Shown here: positions 8,462 to 25,395 of the stretch, piece after piece
How the letters are laid out: each line of letters begins with the position of its first letter
How positions within the stretch are numbered: the stretch's first letter is position 1
NCBI GenBank assembly: GCA_045863855.1
Contig: BTVV01000004.1
Span: 1 to 64,000 of the forward strand
DNA from: Planctomycetota bacterium
GTDB lineage: Bacteria; Planctomycetota; SZUA-567; H5-PLA8
Length of the DNA stretch: 64,000 bases
Direction of reading: 5' to 3'
The notes under the pieces: model-generated
The model's input: only the letters and a program-made list of their open reading frames with translations
What the model was told of the DNA's origin: nothing
Database searches by the model: none
Made by a program: the position numbers and the translations under genes

Positions 8462-8491
8462 TTGGCGTCCTGCGGTCTTGCCGGTTAACAT
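8462..8491 (+). promoter_or_regulatory. Possible promoter giving a leaderless larC transcript
   Basis: TTGGCG-18 nt-TAACAT ending 6 nt before the ATG at 8498; no SD visible. Confidence 0.3.
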
Positions 8492-8497
8492 CGTGGC

Positions 8498-9898
8498 ATG
8501 GCAAAGCGCATTCTGTACCTCGATCCGTTCAGCGGCATCAGCGGCGATATGTTCCTCGCCAGCCTGCTCGACTTGGGCCTCGATCTGGCCCACCTCAAGC
8601 GCGAACTCGCCAAGCTAGGCGTCGGCGGCTATGAGCTGAAATCCTCGAAGACCCTGCGCGGCGTCATGGCCGCCACTCAGTTCGAAGTAATCGTGAGCCA
8701 CGATCCCGCCGTACATTCGCACGCATCCCAGCCCGAGCCTGCGCACAGCCATGGCCATGACCACGGTCATGCGCACGATCATGGCCACAGCCATAGTCAT
8801 GCCCACAGCCACGAACCCGCGCATACTCACACGCATCACGAGAACCACGGTCACGGCCATGACGCGCATCATCACCACGACGTTCACGCGCATGTTCACC
8901 GGCCATTCAAAGAGATTCGCAAGCTGATCGATGCCGCGGCGCTCTCGCCACGCGTGAAGGCGCAAAGCCTCCGCGCGTTCGAACTGCTGGCGGAAGTCGA
9001 AGGCCGTATGCACGGGCAAACAGTGGACGAGGTTCAGTTCCACGAGGTGGGCGGGTTGGACAGCATCGTCGATTTCGTCGGCGTCTGCATCGGGCTGGAG
9101 GCGCTGGGTGTGGACGAAGTGTTCTGCGGTCCGCTGGCGTTGGGGGGCGACGGCGCGCTGGGCGGATACGTCCAGTGCGCGCACGGGAAGCTGCCCGTGC
9201 CGGCCTTCGCGACGCTGGAACTGGCCAAAGGTCTGCCGCTGCGCCACGCCGGCGTGGACAAGGAACTCACCACGCCCACCGGCGCGGCGCTGGTCCAAGC
9301 GCTAGTGAAACCAGAACACAGCGGCCCACTGCCGAATTTGCAGGTAGAGCGGATCGGCTACGGCGCAGGCGCGCGCAACGACCCGAAGATTCCGATTCCG
9401 AACGTACTTCGGGCGGTGCTGGGTACGCGGGCTTCGAGCGAGACGGCATCCGCCGCCACGCCGGCAACGATCGTCGAACTGCAAGCCAACCTCGACGACG
9501 TTTCCGGGGAAACGCTAGGCTACGCCGCCGAAAAGCTCTTCGAGGCCGGCGCATTGGATGTTTTCTTCGTGCCCGTGCAGATGAAGAAAGGCCGCCCCGG
9601 CACGCTGTTGACGATACTCGCCGCGCCGGACCGCCAAGCCGACCTGCTGAACGTGCTCTTTCGCGAGACGACCACCTTCGGCGTGCGCTACGAACTCAAA
9701 TCCCGCGCGATCCTGGAACGGGAAACGGTCACGGTGGATACCCCGTGGGGCGATGTGCGCGTCAAGCTTGGCCGGTGGCAAGGCGCCACGGTGAGCGCGC
9801 ACCCCGAGTTCGAAGACTGCCGCAAGCTCGCCGAACGGCACGGGGTGCCGCTGCGCGCCGTCCAGGATGCCGCCCGCGCCGCCGCCGCGGATCTGTAG
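8498..9898 (+). CDS. larC: Nickel pincer cofactor nickel insertase LarC
   Basis: YLDPFSGISGDMFL, FHEVGGLDSIVD, CAHG.LPVPA, ELTTPTGAA, ANLDD, MKKGRPG, ETTTFGVR, PEFEDC, plus a His-rich insert. Confidence 0.93.
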   Translation: MAKRILYLDPFSGISGDMFLASLLDLGLDLAHLKRELAKLGVGGYELKSSKTLRGVMAATQFEVIVSHDPAVHSHASQPEPAHSHGHDHGHAHDHGHSHSHAHSHEPAHTHTHHENHGHGHDAHHHHDVHAHVHRPFKEIRKLIDAAALSPRVKAQSLRAFELLAEVEGRMHGQTVDEVQFHEVGGLDSIVDFVGVCIGLEALGVDEVFCGPLALGGDGALGGYVQCAHGKLPVPAFATLELAKGLPLRHAGVDKELTTPTGAALVQALVKPEHSGPLPNLQVERIGYGAGARNDPKIPIPNVLRAVLGTRASSETASAATPATIVELQANLDDVSGETLGYAAEKLFEAGALDVFFVPVQMKKGRPGTLLTILAAPDRQADLLNVLFRETTTFGVRYELKSRAILERETVTVDTPWGDVRVKLGRWQGATVSAHPEFEDCRKLAERHGVPLRAVQDAARAAAADL

Positions 9899-9909
9899 CT
9901 GCCCGCGCC

Positions 9910-10470
9910 CTATTTCTTATCCAGTTCGGTCTCGATGGCTTTAACCACATCTTCCGCATCCGGCTTGGTTCGCGGTGCGAAGCGTTCGGCCAGCGAGCCG
10001 TCGCGAGCCACCAGGAACTTCTCGAAGTTCCAGGTGATCTTCCCCGGCTTGGGTCCGTCCACAGTCAGGTACTGGTACAGCGGGTCGATTTCGACGCCTT
10101 GCACGTGGACCTTGGACATCAGAGGGAACGTGACATTGAACTTGGTCGAGCAGAACTTTTTGATCTCTTCGTTCGTCCCAGGCTCCTGCGCGCCAAAGTC
10201 GTTGCAGGGAATCCCGACCACCACCAGCCCGCGGTCCTTGTACTTATCGTAAAGGGCCTGGAGCTGCGTGTATTGCGGCGTCAAGCCGCAGCGCGAGGCG
10301 ACATTGACGAGAAGCACCACCTTACCCTTGTACTGGCTCAGCGGGTGATCGCTGCCGTCGTTGGCCTTAAGAGTGAAGCTGAGAGGCGATGCCGCCACGG
10401 TCTTTTCCTCCGCGTAAAGCCCACACGCCAGGGCCGCCACGGCCACCAGCATCACAAGGCGTCGAGACAT
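9910..10470 (-). CDS. Cys-type glutathione peroxidase-family protein with signal peptide
   Basis: VNVASRCGLTPQY, PCNDFGAQEPG, WNFEKFLV; the peroxidatic residue is Cys, not Sec. Confidence 0.93.
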   Translation of the reverse strand: MSRRLVMLVAVAALACGLYAEEKTVAASPLSFTLKANDGSDHPLSQYKGKVVLLVNVASRCGLTPQYTQLQALYDKYKDRGLVVVGIPCNDFGAQEPGTNEEIKKFCSTKFNVTFPLMSKVHVQGVEIDPLYQYLTVDGPKPGKITWNFEKFLVARDGSLAERFAPRTKPDAEDVVKAIETELDKK

Positions 10471-10556
10471 GCGTGAAGCTCCTGAAATCGACCCGTTCTT
10501 GAAAGGTGTCCACCAGCTTGGCGGACGCTTCGTCGCGCCTTCAATTCAATCCGGCG

Positions 10557-10829
10557 CTACTGCTGCTTGGCTTTAACCACTTCGGCGATATTCGCCACAG
10601 TGCGGAATTTCTTGAGGCTGAACTCTTCGTCTTCCAGTGCGATCCCGAAAACTTCTTCCAGCCCGATCACGATTTCCATCAACTGCACCGACTCGAGCCC
10701 CCACTTCTCCATCAGGTCGTCCGTGTCGCCGATATCCGCAGGCTGCGCCTTAAGCATCAAGCGGTCTACGATCATGATTTTGAGCTGAACTTCCAGGCTG
10801 TCGTCGGCCACGAGATGCTCCTTAAGCAT
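10557..10829 (-). CDS. Acyl/peptidyl carrier protein
   Basis: Acidic 90-aa protein with GLESVQLMEIVIGLEEVFGI (phosphopantetheine Ser motif) and FRTVANI. Confidence 0.85.
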   Translation of the reverse strand: MLKEHLVADDSLEVQLKIMIVDRLMLKAQPADIGDTDDLMEKWGLESVQLMEIVIGLEEVFGIALEDEEFSLKKFRTVANIAEVVKAKQQ

Positions 10830-11008
10830 GGCGGTTCATGCGGCTTACCAGGGAACCGTTTCAGACCGGCGTTCGTCAGGGAGTCGCCTCATTCGTATAA
10901 ACCGAGATTGTAACGTGAGCTACTGCAAAGCCGCCACGGCCAAGGGAAGGGCCAAAGGGGGTGACCACAAAAAGTTCTCCGCGAGCCCGGTAATGACCAG
11001 GACAGTGC

Positions 11009-11036
11009 TTGACAGAAAACGAGCATCTTATAGTTT
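11009..11036 (+). promoter_or_regulatory. Sigma70-type promoter for mglA
   Basis: Consensus TTGACA (11009-11014), 16 nt, TAGTTT. Confidence 0.5.
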
Positions 11037-11099
11037 GCCCTATGTGCACTACTCCATTTTAAAGACCTGCGGACCGGTCGAAAGCGACTAGGATGACTC

Positions 11100-12308
11100 A
11101 TGGTCCAAATCAATTTCGCGACGCGTGAGGTCAACTGCAAGATTGTGTTCTACGGTCCCGGCCGATGCGGGAAGACCACGAACTTGCAAGTCGTCCACGC
11201 CAAAGCGCCGCCGAACAGCACCGGCGACTTGGTCTCCATCGCCACGGAGACCGACCGCACGCTGTACTTCGACTTTTTGCCGCTCGATTTGGGCCAAGTC
11301 GCGGGCATGCGGACCAAGTTCTCGCTCTATACGGTCCCCGGCCAGGTGTACTACGACGCCACGCGCAAGCTGGTGTTGCAGGGCGCCGACGGGATCGTAT
11401 TCGTGGCCGACTCCAATCCAGACATGATGGAAGAGAATATCGAATCGCTGAACAACCTGGCCGTGAACCTGCGCGAGAACGGGCTGGACATCAACGAGTT
11501 GCCGGTGGTGCTGCAGTTCAACAAGCGCGACCTTGAGAATCCCGTACCTATCGAGGAAATGAACGCGAAGCTAAACCGCGCCAACTGGCCCGCCGTACCG
11601 GCCGTGGCAGTGAACGGCGACGGGGTGTTCCAGACGCTTAAGGCGATCTCCCAGTTCGTGATCAAGAAGTTGAATCGCGAACAGGGTTATTCGGAAGACG
11701 GCAGTCGCCGCGGCGGCGGTGCAGCCCGGCCTTCGGCGAAGTCGGCCGCCGCACCGCCTCCGCCTCCGCCCCCGCCGCCGGGTGCAAAGGCTCCCCCGCC
11801 GCCCCCCAAGCCCGCTGCTGCACCGCCGCCGCCCAGCCCTAAGGCGCCGACTCCACAGCCGCAGCCGGCCGCAAAGCCCGCGACGCCCGCATCCGCCGCG
11901 TCGCTGCCCAAGCCTAAATTTCCGACTCCGGCCCCTCAGCCGGTGGTGCTGCCTAAAAAGGATCCGCCATCCGGTGCGGTGCTTCCCAAGCCTCAGGCTC
12001 CAGCCGCCGCTTCGGTGCCGGCGCCGGAAGTCGCCAACGAGCCCGAAGCGGCGGTCGAGGCACCGCCCACACCGGCACCGGCTTCCGCCCCGGCTCTTAA
12101 CCCGGTGGCCGCCGAGATCGCCAAACGCAAGCGGGCCGAAGAAGAAGCGCGCCGAAACGCACCTGCCGAAGAGCCCGTAGAGGCCGCCCCACCGGCGGCG
12201 CCGGCCGGCGGAGGGGGTTCGAAAACCGTCGTCATCGTCTTGGCCGTGCTGGCTTTGGCGGGAGTGGCCGCCGCTTTGTTCTTTGTCTTTAAAGGGAGTG
12301 GGTCCTGA
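11100..12308 (+). CDS. mglA: MglA-family small GTPase with Pro-rich extension and C-terminal TM helix
   Basis: REVNCKIVFYGPGRCGKTTNL, TETDRTLYFDFLP, YTVPGQ, NKRD closely follow Myxococcus MglA. Residues ~200-402 are a Pro/Ala linker plus TVVIVLAVLALAGVAAALFFVF. Confidence 0.92.
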   Translation: MVQINFATREVNCKIVFYGPGRCGKTTNLQVVHAKAPPNSTGDLVSIATETDRTLYFDFLPLDLGQVAGMRTKFSLYTVPGQVYYDATRKLVLQGADGIVFVADSNPDMMEENIESLNNLAVNLRENGLDINELPVVLQFNKRDLENPVPIEEMNAKLNRANWPAVPAVAVNGDGVFQTLKAISQFVIKKLNREQGYSEDGSRRGGGAARPSAKSAAAPPPPPPPPPGAKAPPPPPKPAAAPPPPSPKAPTPQPQPAAKPATPASAASLPKPKFPTPAPQPVVLPKKDPPSGAVLPKPQAPAAASVPAPEVANEPEAAVEAPPTPAPASAPALNPVAAEIAKRKRAEEEARRNAPAEEPVEAAPPAAPAGGGGSKTVVIVLAVLALAGVAAALFFVFKGSGS

Positions 12309-12312
12309 CCCA

Positions 12313-12341
12313 TGGACCGCGGCGCAAGCAAGCGCTATACT
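12313..12341 (+). promoter_or_regulatory. Internal sigma70-type promoter for mglB
   Basis: TGGACC-17 nt-TATACT. Confidence 0.5.
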
Positions 12342-12405
12342 GCGCCTGCCCGCAGCGAAATGAGTACGCGGAGTCCCGACACACGTGGGGCTTGGGAGGT
12401 TTCCG

Positions 12406-12924
12406 ATGGCGTTTAGCGAAAAAATGCGGCAGGCCCGGCTGGTCTTCTACGAAGAAGATGTAGAGGATATCAATAAGCTCCTGGGCGATTTTCTAGAGCG
12501 TTCCCAAGCCAAGTGCGCGCTCTTGATCGACAAGGAAGGCCACCTCGTCACTAAAAAGGGCTTCACGAAGTCCTTCAATACCGATTCCATTGCCGCCCTC
12601 GTGGCCGGCTCCTTCGCGTCCACGCGCGAAGTCGCTAAGTTGCTGGGCGAGACGGAGTTCTCGGTGCTCTTCCACCAAGGCAAGAACGAAAACATCCACA
12701 TTGGTTTGGTGGCCGAACGCGCGCTGGTCGTGATCATCTTCGACGACCGCACCACGTTGGGCATGGTTCGGTTGTACGCCGAAGAGCTGACGACCAAGCT
12801 TTCCGATACTTTGCTGAAGGCCATCGATAAACATAAAGACAAGAACGACGGGGTCGGCGCCGAGTACGAAAAAGCCGCAGAAAAAGCGCTCGACGACTTC
12901 TTCGGTTCTGACGAAAAGGCCTGA
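12406..12924 (+). CDS. mglB: MglB roadblock/LC7 GTPase-activating protein
   Basis: LVFYEED, LIDKEG, AALVAG, FHQG, IFDDRTTLGMVRL and C-terminal ALDDFF helix as in Myxococcus MglB; GGAGG SD before ATG 12406. Confidence 0.92.
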   Translation: MAFSEKMRQARLVFYEEDVEDINKLLGDFLERSQAKCALLIDKEGHLVTKKGFTKSFNTDSIAALVAGSFASTREVAKLLGETEFSVLFHQGKNENIHIGLVAERALVVIIFDDRTTLGMVRLYAEELTTKLSDTLLKAIDKHKDKNDGVGAEYEKAAEKALDDFFGSDEKA

Positions 12925-13095
12925 TTCGAAGGCTTCAACGGACGATCGTGGCGGGGGCCGGAAGCTCCAGCAGGGAGCCGTGCCCCCAATCTACCTCCCC
13001 TTGCGCATATGCCGACGATATCTTAGTTTGCAGGACCAACGCGGCTAGGGGGTTAGGCGTTACGTTGCCGCGGGTTGCCAGGCGGCGGGTTCAAC

Positions 13096-16000
13096 ATGGG
13101 CTTCCAAGGAAGCGTCGAAAGCTTCAGTCTGGCCGACGTCTTCCAGAACCTTGCCATGAATCAGCAGACTGGCACGCTGCGCATCGTGGCGCCGGACGGT
13201 AAAGAACGGCATATCTTCTTCGACGCCGGCCAAGTCAAAAATCTTTCCCGCGGCACGCAGATTCCCTTGGTTTTGGGCGAGATGCTGGTCGGACGCAGCA
13301 TTTCCAGCCCTGAGCAGGTGGAAGAGGCGCTGGCGGCTCAGAAAGAGCGGCGCAAGCCCCTTGGCGAGTGCATGCTCGAGTTGGGCTTCCTCGACCGCGA
13401 CCGTCTGGAAGCCGTCCTTAAACACCAGATCGGCGAAGAGTTGTACGAGCTCTTCGGGTGGGAAAAGGCGAACTTCGAGTTCACCGAAGGACCGGCCAAT
13501 CCGCAACTTTTCGTGGACCGGGGCCTCGGTAGCCCTTCCTTGCCGATATCCAGTCTGATCATGGAAGCCGCGCGGCGGGTGGACGAAGTCGAACGCCTGC
13601 GCGAGCAGATCCCGTCTTTCAAAGAGATCTACGTCGTCGATAAGGATGTTCGCGAAGCGTTGGAAAGCGGGGCGCTGGAAACGGACGCCATCGAACGCCG
13701 CGTCATCACGCTGGTGGACGGCAAGCGCGACGTGGACGACCTGATCGCCGACTCCTTCCTCTTTCGCTTCGAGGTGCTTTCGACGCTGGCCGGATTCCTG
13801 CAGTCCTCGCTGGTCCGGCCAGCGAAGCTGGAGGAGTTGCAAGCGGCCACGCCCGAACTGCGCGAGGCCGGCGACAAGGGCCGCCTGTGCAAGAACCTCG
13901 AGCGCCGTCTCGCGTTGGGCGACGACACCGGCGACGTGCGCCGCGAATTGGCCGACGTGCTGGCGGCTTCCGAACAGGCCGAAAAAGCCGCCATCCATTA
14001 CAGCGTCCTGGCCGACGGGGAACAGAAGGCCGGCAACGAAGACGGGGCCGTCGATCTGTACCGCAAAATCCTGCAGGTGCTGCCGCACCACCTTCCTTCG
14101 CGCGAACGCCTGGGCACGATCTACGCGCGCCGTGGACAGCTGCGCGAGGCTATGGTGCAGTTCCAGGAAGTGATTCAGGCGCACCAACGCGCTCAAAATT
14201 TCGCCTCGGCCCGCCGCGTGGCTCAGCAAGCTCTCGAAATCGAGCCGACCGCGCATGACATCCGACGCGAACTCGTCCAGATCCTGGTCGACGAAGGAGA
14301 TAAGGCGGCCGCGGCGCGCGAATGCGAGGTGCTGGGCGATATGCTGGCCCGGCAGGGCCAGTCGCGGGAAGCCGCCGAATGCTACCGCCGCGCGATTCAG
14401 GTCATGCCCGGCTTGGCGCACCTGAAGAAGAAACTAGCCAATGTCATGCTCACGCAGGAAGACCGGCGCGCGCGGACGAAGCGCACGCTGATCGTCACCG
14501 TCTCGGTACTGGCCGTCCTGGCGATCGGCGGCGCGCTGGGCCTGCGCGAGTTCAATTTATACACCACGTGGCAGCGCACGCGGGAACAGGTCAAGCTGCT
14601 CCAGGGCACGGCGGCCGAGTTCGAGGCCCAAGAGCGGTTTAAAGACGCCGCCGACAAATACGAAGATGCCATTCGCCGCATCGCATCCAGCGAGATGAAG
14701 GACACGTTCGCCCCCATCACACGGGTCAACGACGAGGCACGCGCGCTGCATAATAAGCTCGAGAACGCGCGCAACGCGGCGGTGCAAAAGCACGACGTCA
14801 TGGCGGCCAGCGAGCAGAAGAACAGCAAGGAAGTGCTCGATCAGGGCCGCGCGCTCTGGAAAGCCGACGATCTATTCGCCGCGATCGCGAAGTTCGACGA
14901 GGTGCTGAGCAACCAGTTCGCTCCCGAGGAAGTGCGCACGGAAGCGGCCGAGTTGAAGGAAAAGACCGAGGCCAAAGCGACCGATTACAAAGCCGGTATC
15001 GCGCGCATGAAGAAACCGCCGCGCGAGTCCTTCAATGGAGTCCAGGAAGAGTACCGCTTCAAGCTGGCCTTCTTCGAGCGCTTCGGCAAGGTGCCCGAGC
15101 TGTCCAAGGAGAAGCTTGAGTTGCCGGTTCTGGTGACCCTCAAGAACGTGGACCGTGTGCTGGTGTACAAGGACGGCACATTCCTGGGGCCGGCGAGCAA
15201 AGGCGCCGAGAATGTCTTTCGCTACGACCGCGCCGAAGCGAAGCGGTTCGAGTTCCGCAAAGAAGGGTACAAGACCGAGTTTCGGCTGGTTCGCGAAATG
15301 GACGTCGAAGCGACGGTCAGCTTGCAGCGCGAGCCGGCCTTCGTGGCGCGTCTGCCGGTGAAGCCTTCGGGCGGCGCCGTCTACGATGGCAAAGACATCT
15401 GGGTCGGCACCGTGGAAGGCGGACTCCTGCAACTCACCCCCGGCCCTAAGGGACTGACCGCCGCATGGGAATTCAAGCTTCCGGGCGGAGGCGGGCTGGA
15501 TAAGGAAGTTTTCGGCAACGTCGTCGTGCAAACCGTAGGCGGCAAGAAGTTGCTGCTCTATTCCACCAAGGCCGGCGACCGCGTCGCGGTGGAACCGGGT
15601 AACGAGAAGCCGGCGCTTTTCGGAAAATCGAAAGACCGCTCGGTGCTGGAGACGCCCGCGCGCATCCAGCATCTACCTTTGGCCGGCGATCAGCTTTTCT
15701 TCCTCATCCCGCGCGACCGGCGCCTGGAAGGCTACCGCGCGGAGCAGGATATTCCGCTCTGGTCACGCGGTAGCGAAGAGTTGCCGAAGGCCATCACCTG
15801 CGGGCCGCTGCTGATTCGCCAGGAAGAACTGCTCGTCGTCGGCTGTGCCGACGGCAATCTGTACGGGTTGTCGCTGCGCGACGGCACGCGCCAGCGCGTA
15901 TGGACCACGCGCGGTCAGGCCATCGCGGGCGGCCCCCTGCTGATTCGAAACCTGCTCGTCGCCTGCGGCCGCGAGGGCAGCGTCTTCTTCTTCGACCTCA

Positions 16001-16386
16001 AGGGCGGCGGGGAGCTGAACACCGAGTCCATCCCCGGCAGCGTATACGCAGATCCGATCGTGCAGCGCCAGATGCTCTTCGTGGGCGCCTCGCTTCCCGA
16101 CGGGTTGTTCGCGATCGATCTGGATACGCAGCGCCTGCGCTTCGCGTACACCGGCGAACAGATCGACGGAGGCATCACGACCACGCCGGCGGTGGTGGGC
16201 GATTTCGTTTACTACGGCACCGAACGCGGCCATTTTTACGCTTTGAAGTACGACGGCCAAGGTTACGAACAGAAATGGGATTACCGTGCTCCCGATGGAG
16301 CGCGCATGGTGTGCAGTCCTGTGGCGATCGGAACGCGTGCCTTTTTCTTTTGCGCCGATGGCCGGGTCTACGTCTTCGACGACTAG
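13096..16386 (+). CDS. DUF4388 (PatA-N) + MshEN-like + TPR + TM + PQQ/BamB-type beta-propeller protein
   Basis: [19 protein letters not shown]...TGTL and [11 protein letters not shown] (DUF4388), TPR helices, [21 protein letters not shown], and PQQ-like repeats ([24 protein letters not shown]). Confidence 0.85.
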   Translation: MGFQGSVESFSLADVFQNLAMNQQTGTLRIVAPDGKERHIFFDAGQVKNLSRGTQIPLVLGEMLVGRSISSPEQVEEALAAQKERRKPLGECMLELGFLDRDRLEAVLKHQIGEELYELFGWEKANFEFTEGPANPQLFVDRGLGSPSLPISSLIMEAARRVDEVERLREQIPSFKEIYVVDKDVREALESGALETDAIERRVITLVDGKRDVDDLIADSFLFRFEVLSTLAGFLQSSLVRPAKLEELQAATPELREAGDKGRLCKNLERRLALGDDTGDVRRELADVLAASEQAEKAAIHYSVLADGEQKAGNEDGAVDLYRKILQVLPHHLPSRERLGTIYARRGQLREAMVQFQEVIQAHQRAQNFASARRVAQQALEIEPTAHDIRRELVQILVDEGDKAAAARECEVLGDMLARQGQSREAAECYRRAIQVMPGLAHLKKKLANVMLTQEDRRARTKRTLIVTVSVLAVLAIGGALGLREFNLYTTWQRTREQVKLLQGTAAEFEAQERFKDAADKYEDAIRRIASSEMKDTFAPITRVNDEARALHNKLENARNAAVQKHDVMAASEQKNSKEVLDQGRALWKADDLFAAIAKFDEVLSNQFAPEEVRTEAAELKEKTEAKATDYKAGIARMKKPPRESFNGVQEEYRFKLAFFERFGKVPELSKEKLELPVLVTLKNVDRVLVYKDGTFLGPASKGAENVFRYDRAEAKRFEFRKEGYKTEFRLVREMDVEATVSLQREPAFVARLPVKPSGGAVYDGKDIWVGTVEGGLLQLTPGPKGLTAAWEFKLPGGGGLDKEVFGNVVVQTVGGKKLLLYSTKAGDRVAVEPGNEKPALFGKSKDRSVLETPARIQHLPLAGDQLFFLIPRDRRLEGYRAEQDIPLWSRGSEELPKAITCGPLLIRQEELLVVGCADGNLYGLSLRDGTRQRVWTTRGQAIAGGPLLIRNLLVACGREGSVFFFDLKGGGELNTESIPGSVYADPIVQRQMLFVGASLPDGLFAIDLDTQRLRFAYTGEQIDGGITTTPAVVGDFVYYGTERGHFYALKYDGQGYEQKWDYRAPDGARMVCSPVAIGTRAFFFCADGRVYVFDD

Positions 16387-16413
16387 GATCGATTGATAAA
16401 GGAGTTGGATTTC

Positions 16414-16932
16414 ATGTCCGCAGCGCCCCGTGTCATCGTGGTAATGGGTTCCGACAGCGACCTGCCCACCATGCGAACCTGCCTGGACGTGCTGACCAAG
16501 TTCGGCCTGCCTTGGGAAGTGCGGGTCTGTTCGGCCCATCGTACGCCTGAAGAAGCCGTGAAGCTCTCGCGCGAAGCCCGCGGCCGTGGCATCCAGGCGA
16601 TCATCGCCGCGGCGGGCGGCGCAGCGCATCTGGCCGGCGTGTTGGCCGCGCATACGACGCTTCCCGTGATCGGCGTGCCCATCAACAGCACACCACTCAA
16701 CGGGGTCGACGCCTTATACGCGACCGTCCAGATGCCCCCGGGCATTCCGGTCGCCACCGTGGCCATCGGCGAATTCGGCGCCTACAACGCGGCGGTCTTG
16801 GCCGCCCAGATCGTCGGCGTAGCCGACGAAGATATGCAGAGCCGCCTGTCCGAGTTCAAGCGCGACATGGAAGCCAAGGTGCGCCAAAAGGATGTGCAGC
16901 TCCAAGAGAAGGTAAAATCCAGCGCACCTTGA
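16414..16932 (+). CDS. purE: N5-carboxyaminoimidazole ribonucleotide mutase
   Basis: [40 protein letters not shown]. Confidence 0.95.
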   Translation: MSAAPRVIVVMGSDSDLPTMRTCLDVLTKFGLPWEVRVCSAHRTPEEAVKLSREARGRGIQAIIAAAGGAAHLAGVLAAHTTLPVIGVPINSTPLNGVDALYATVQMPPGIPVATVAIGEFGAYNAAVLAAQIVGVADEDMQSRLSEFKRDMEAKVRQKDVQLQEKVKSSAP

Positions 16933-17051
16933 GTGCTTTGACTGCCACGGAACCGGCCTCCTGGGGTAATTAGTAACGTGTTGTCCCGTCACGGGTTGTG
17001 CTCCCGTGCGGCACACGTGCGGGAGCCGGGTTCTCAGCCGGGGGCGGGTGG

Positions 17052-20222
<3,171 letters not shown>

Positions 20223-20256
20223 CCCGCGGCGACTCGGCGCGACCGGCACGCACCCC

Positions 20257-21138
20257 CTACTCCGCCAGAAGCTTCGTAAAATAGCGTCCCTGCGCGACCA
20301 CGTACTTCAGCATGGTATCGAAGAGCGGTTCGGGAACGGACTGGAACGGTTTGCCCAGTTCGAAGGTCCAGGCGCCCTCGAAGCCCGCTTCTTTCAGGCC
20401 ATCGAGCACGGCGTTCCAGTCGACGCCCTGCTTGCCGAACGAAAACGGAAACTGGTGGTCGTCGCCCAAGCCGTCGTTCTCGTGGAAGTGAGTGACTTTC
20501 AGCCGCGCGCCCAGCGCCCGAAGTGCGGCGCGCTGGTCGAGTTGCATTAAGCGCGCATGGCCGGTGTCCCAGCAGGCGCCGACGAGGGGGTGCTTGATCG
20601 TGTCGATCAGTTCGCAGAGTTCGTCCGGCACCGCGGCGAAATACCGCGGACAGCCGCGTTTCTCGGCGGCGCTGTCGAAGATGTTCTCGAGCGCCAGGCC
20701 CACTCCGTAGCGCTCGCACGCCGGTAGCAGCCCGCGGAAAAACTCGACGTTGCGCTTCAGCACTTCCTTTCGATGCGTCGCGTCGTACGCGCCGGGAAAA
20801 ACATCGGGGTGCAGGACCATCCAAGGCACGCCCAGCCGTCCGCACGCACGCAAGGCCGGTTCGCACAGCGCGCGGCGCTGCGGATGCGGGTCTTCCGCAC
20901 CGAACATCTGGAACATCGGCCCGTGGGCCTGGACCCAAGCGAGGTCCGCGTTGCCGGCGGCGCGGCCTAACTGATCGACGAACGCATCGGCCGTACGCTC
21001 GTGGTGCCAGTCGAGCTGCGTCAGCAGATCCGCGAAGTTAAAGTCGATCCCGTCGAATCCGGCGGCCGCCAGACGCCCCAGGTGCGACGCGGCGGGGAAA
21101 CGGTTGCCGAATACATTGAGCGAAGTAGCGATACGCAT
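20257..21138 (-). CDS. Sugar phosphate isomerase/epimerase (xylose-isomerase-like TIM barrel)
   Basis: AAGFDGID, LALEN, CWDTGHA, HFHENDG...DDH...P, FE motifs. Confidence 0.88.
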   Translation of the reverse strand: MRIATSLNVFGNRFPAASHLGRLAAAGFDGIDFNFADLLTQLDWHHERTADAFVDQLGRAAGNADLAWVQAHGPMFQMFGAEDPHPQRRALCEPALRACGRLGVPWMVLHPDVFPGAYDATHRKEVLKRNVEFFRGLLPACERYGVGLALENIFDSAAEKRGCPRYFAAVPDELCELIDTIKHPLVGACWDTGHARLMQLDQRAALRALGARLKVTHFHENDGLGDDHQFPFSFGKQGVDWNAVLDGLKEAGFEGAWTFELGKPFQSVPEPLFDTMLKYVVAQGRYFTKLLAE

Positions 21139-21463
21139 GCGGATCTCCGAGGCATGAGCGCTTCTGCTCCATCAAATTACACGAACGCGCTCCGATTCGG
21201 CAGACTGGATGCCTTGAGAGTCGGGCGCACTTGTGAACCTCATTCCTCTCACCAACCTAAACTCAATGGCCGCAAGGTGCCGCAGTGGAACGTCCTTTCC
21301 GACGCGGGTCGGATAGGAGTCACCGCGAGCCCGCGATGAGCGTCTAAGGATTGCGACGCTTTATCGAGAGATGGCCTGTGTTGCCTTAACCCTTTGTGCG
21401 GGATATGGTTGCAAGGCGCCTGCGCCCATCGAGGCCGATCCGGAAAGGAGGTCCGTGAACGCC

Positions 21464-25384
<3,921 letters not shown>

Positions 25385-25395
25385 AGGAAGCAGGC

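Noticed and set aside
6627..8504. 625-aa minus-strand ORF
   Set aside because: Antisense shadow of cysE-trpC.
9910..10470. Possible selenocysteine peroxidase
   Set aside because: The active-site codon is Cys (NVASRCG); no in-frame TGA.
11740..12210. CCG-rich repeats here, GGC-rich repeats at 27100-27225 and CAC/CAT repeats at 8740-8900 as DNA repeats or CRISPR
   Set aside because: They encode poly-Pro, Gly/Arg and His tracts; no constant repeat-spacer periodicity.
16414..16932. Possible LarB, given larC nearby
   Set aside because: Full PurE signatures (GSDSD, SAHR, AAHL) and no LarB N-terminal region.
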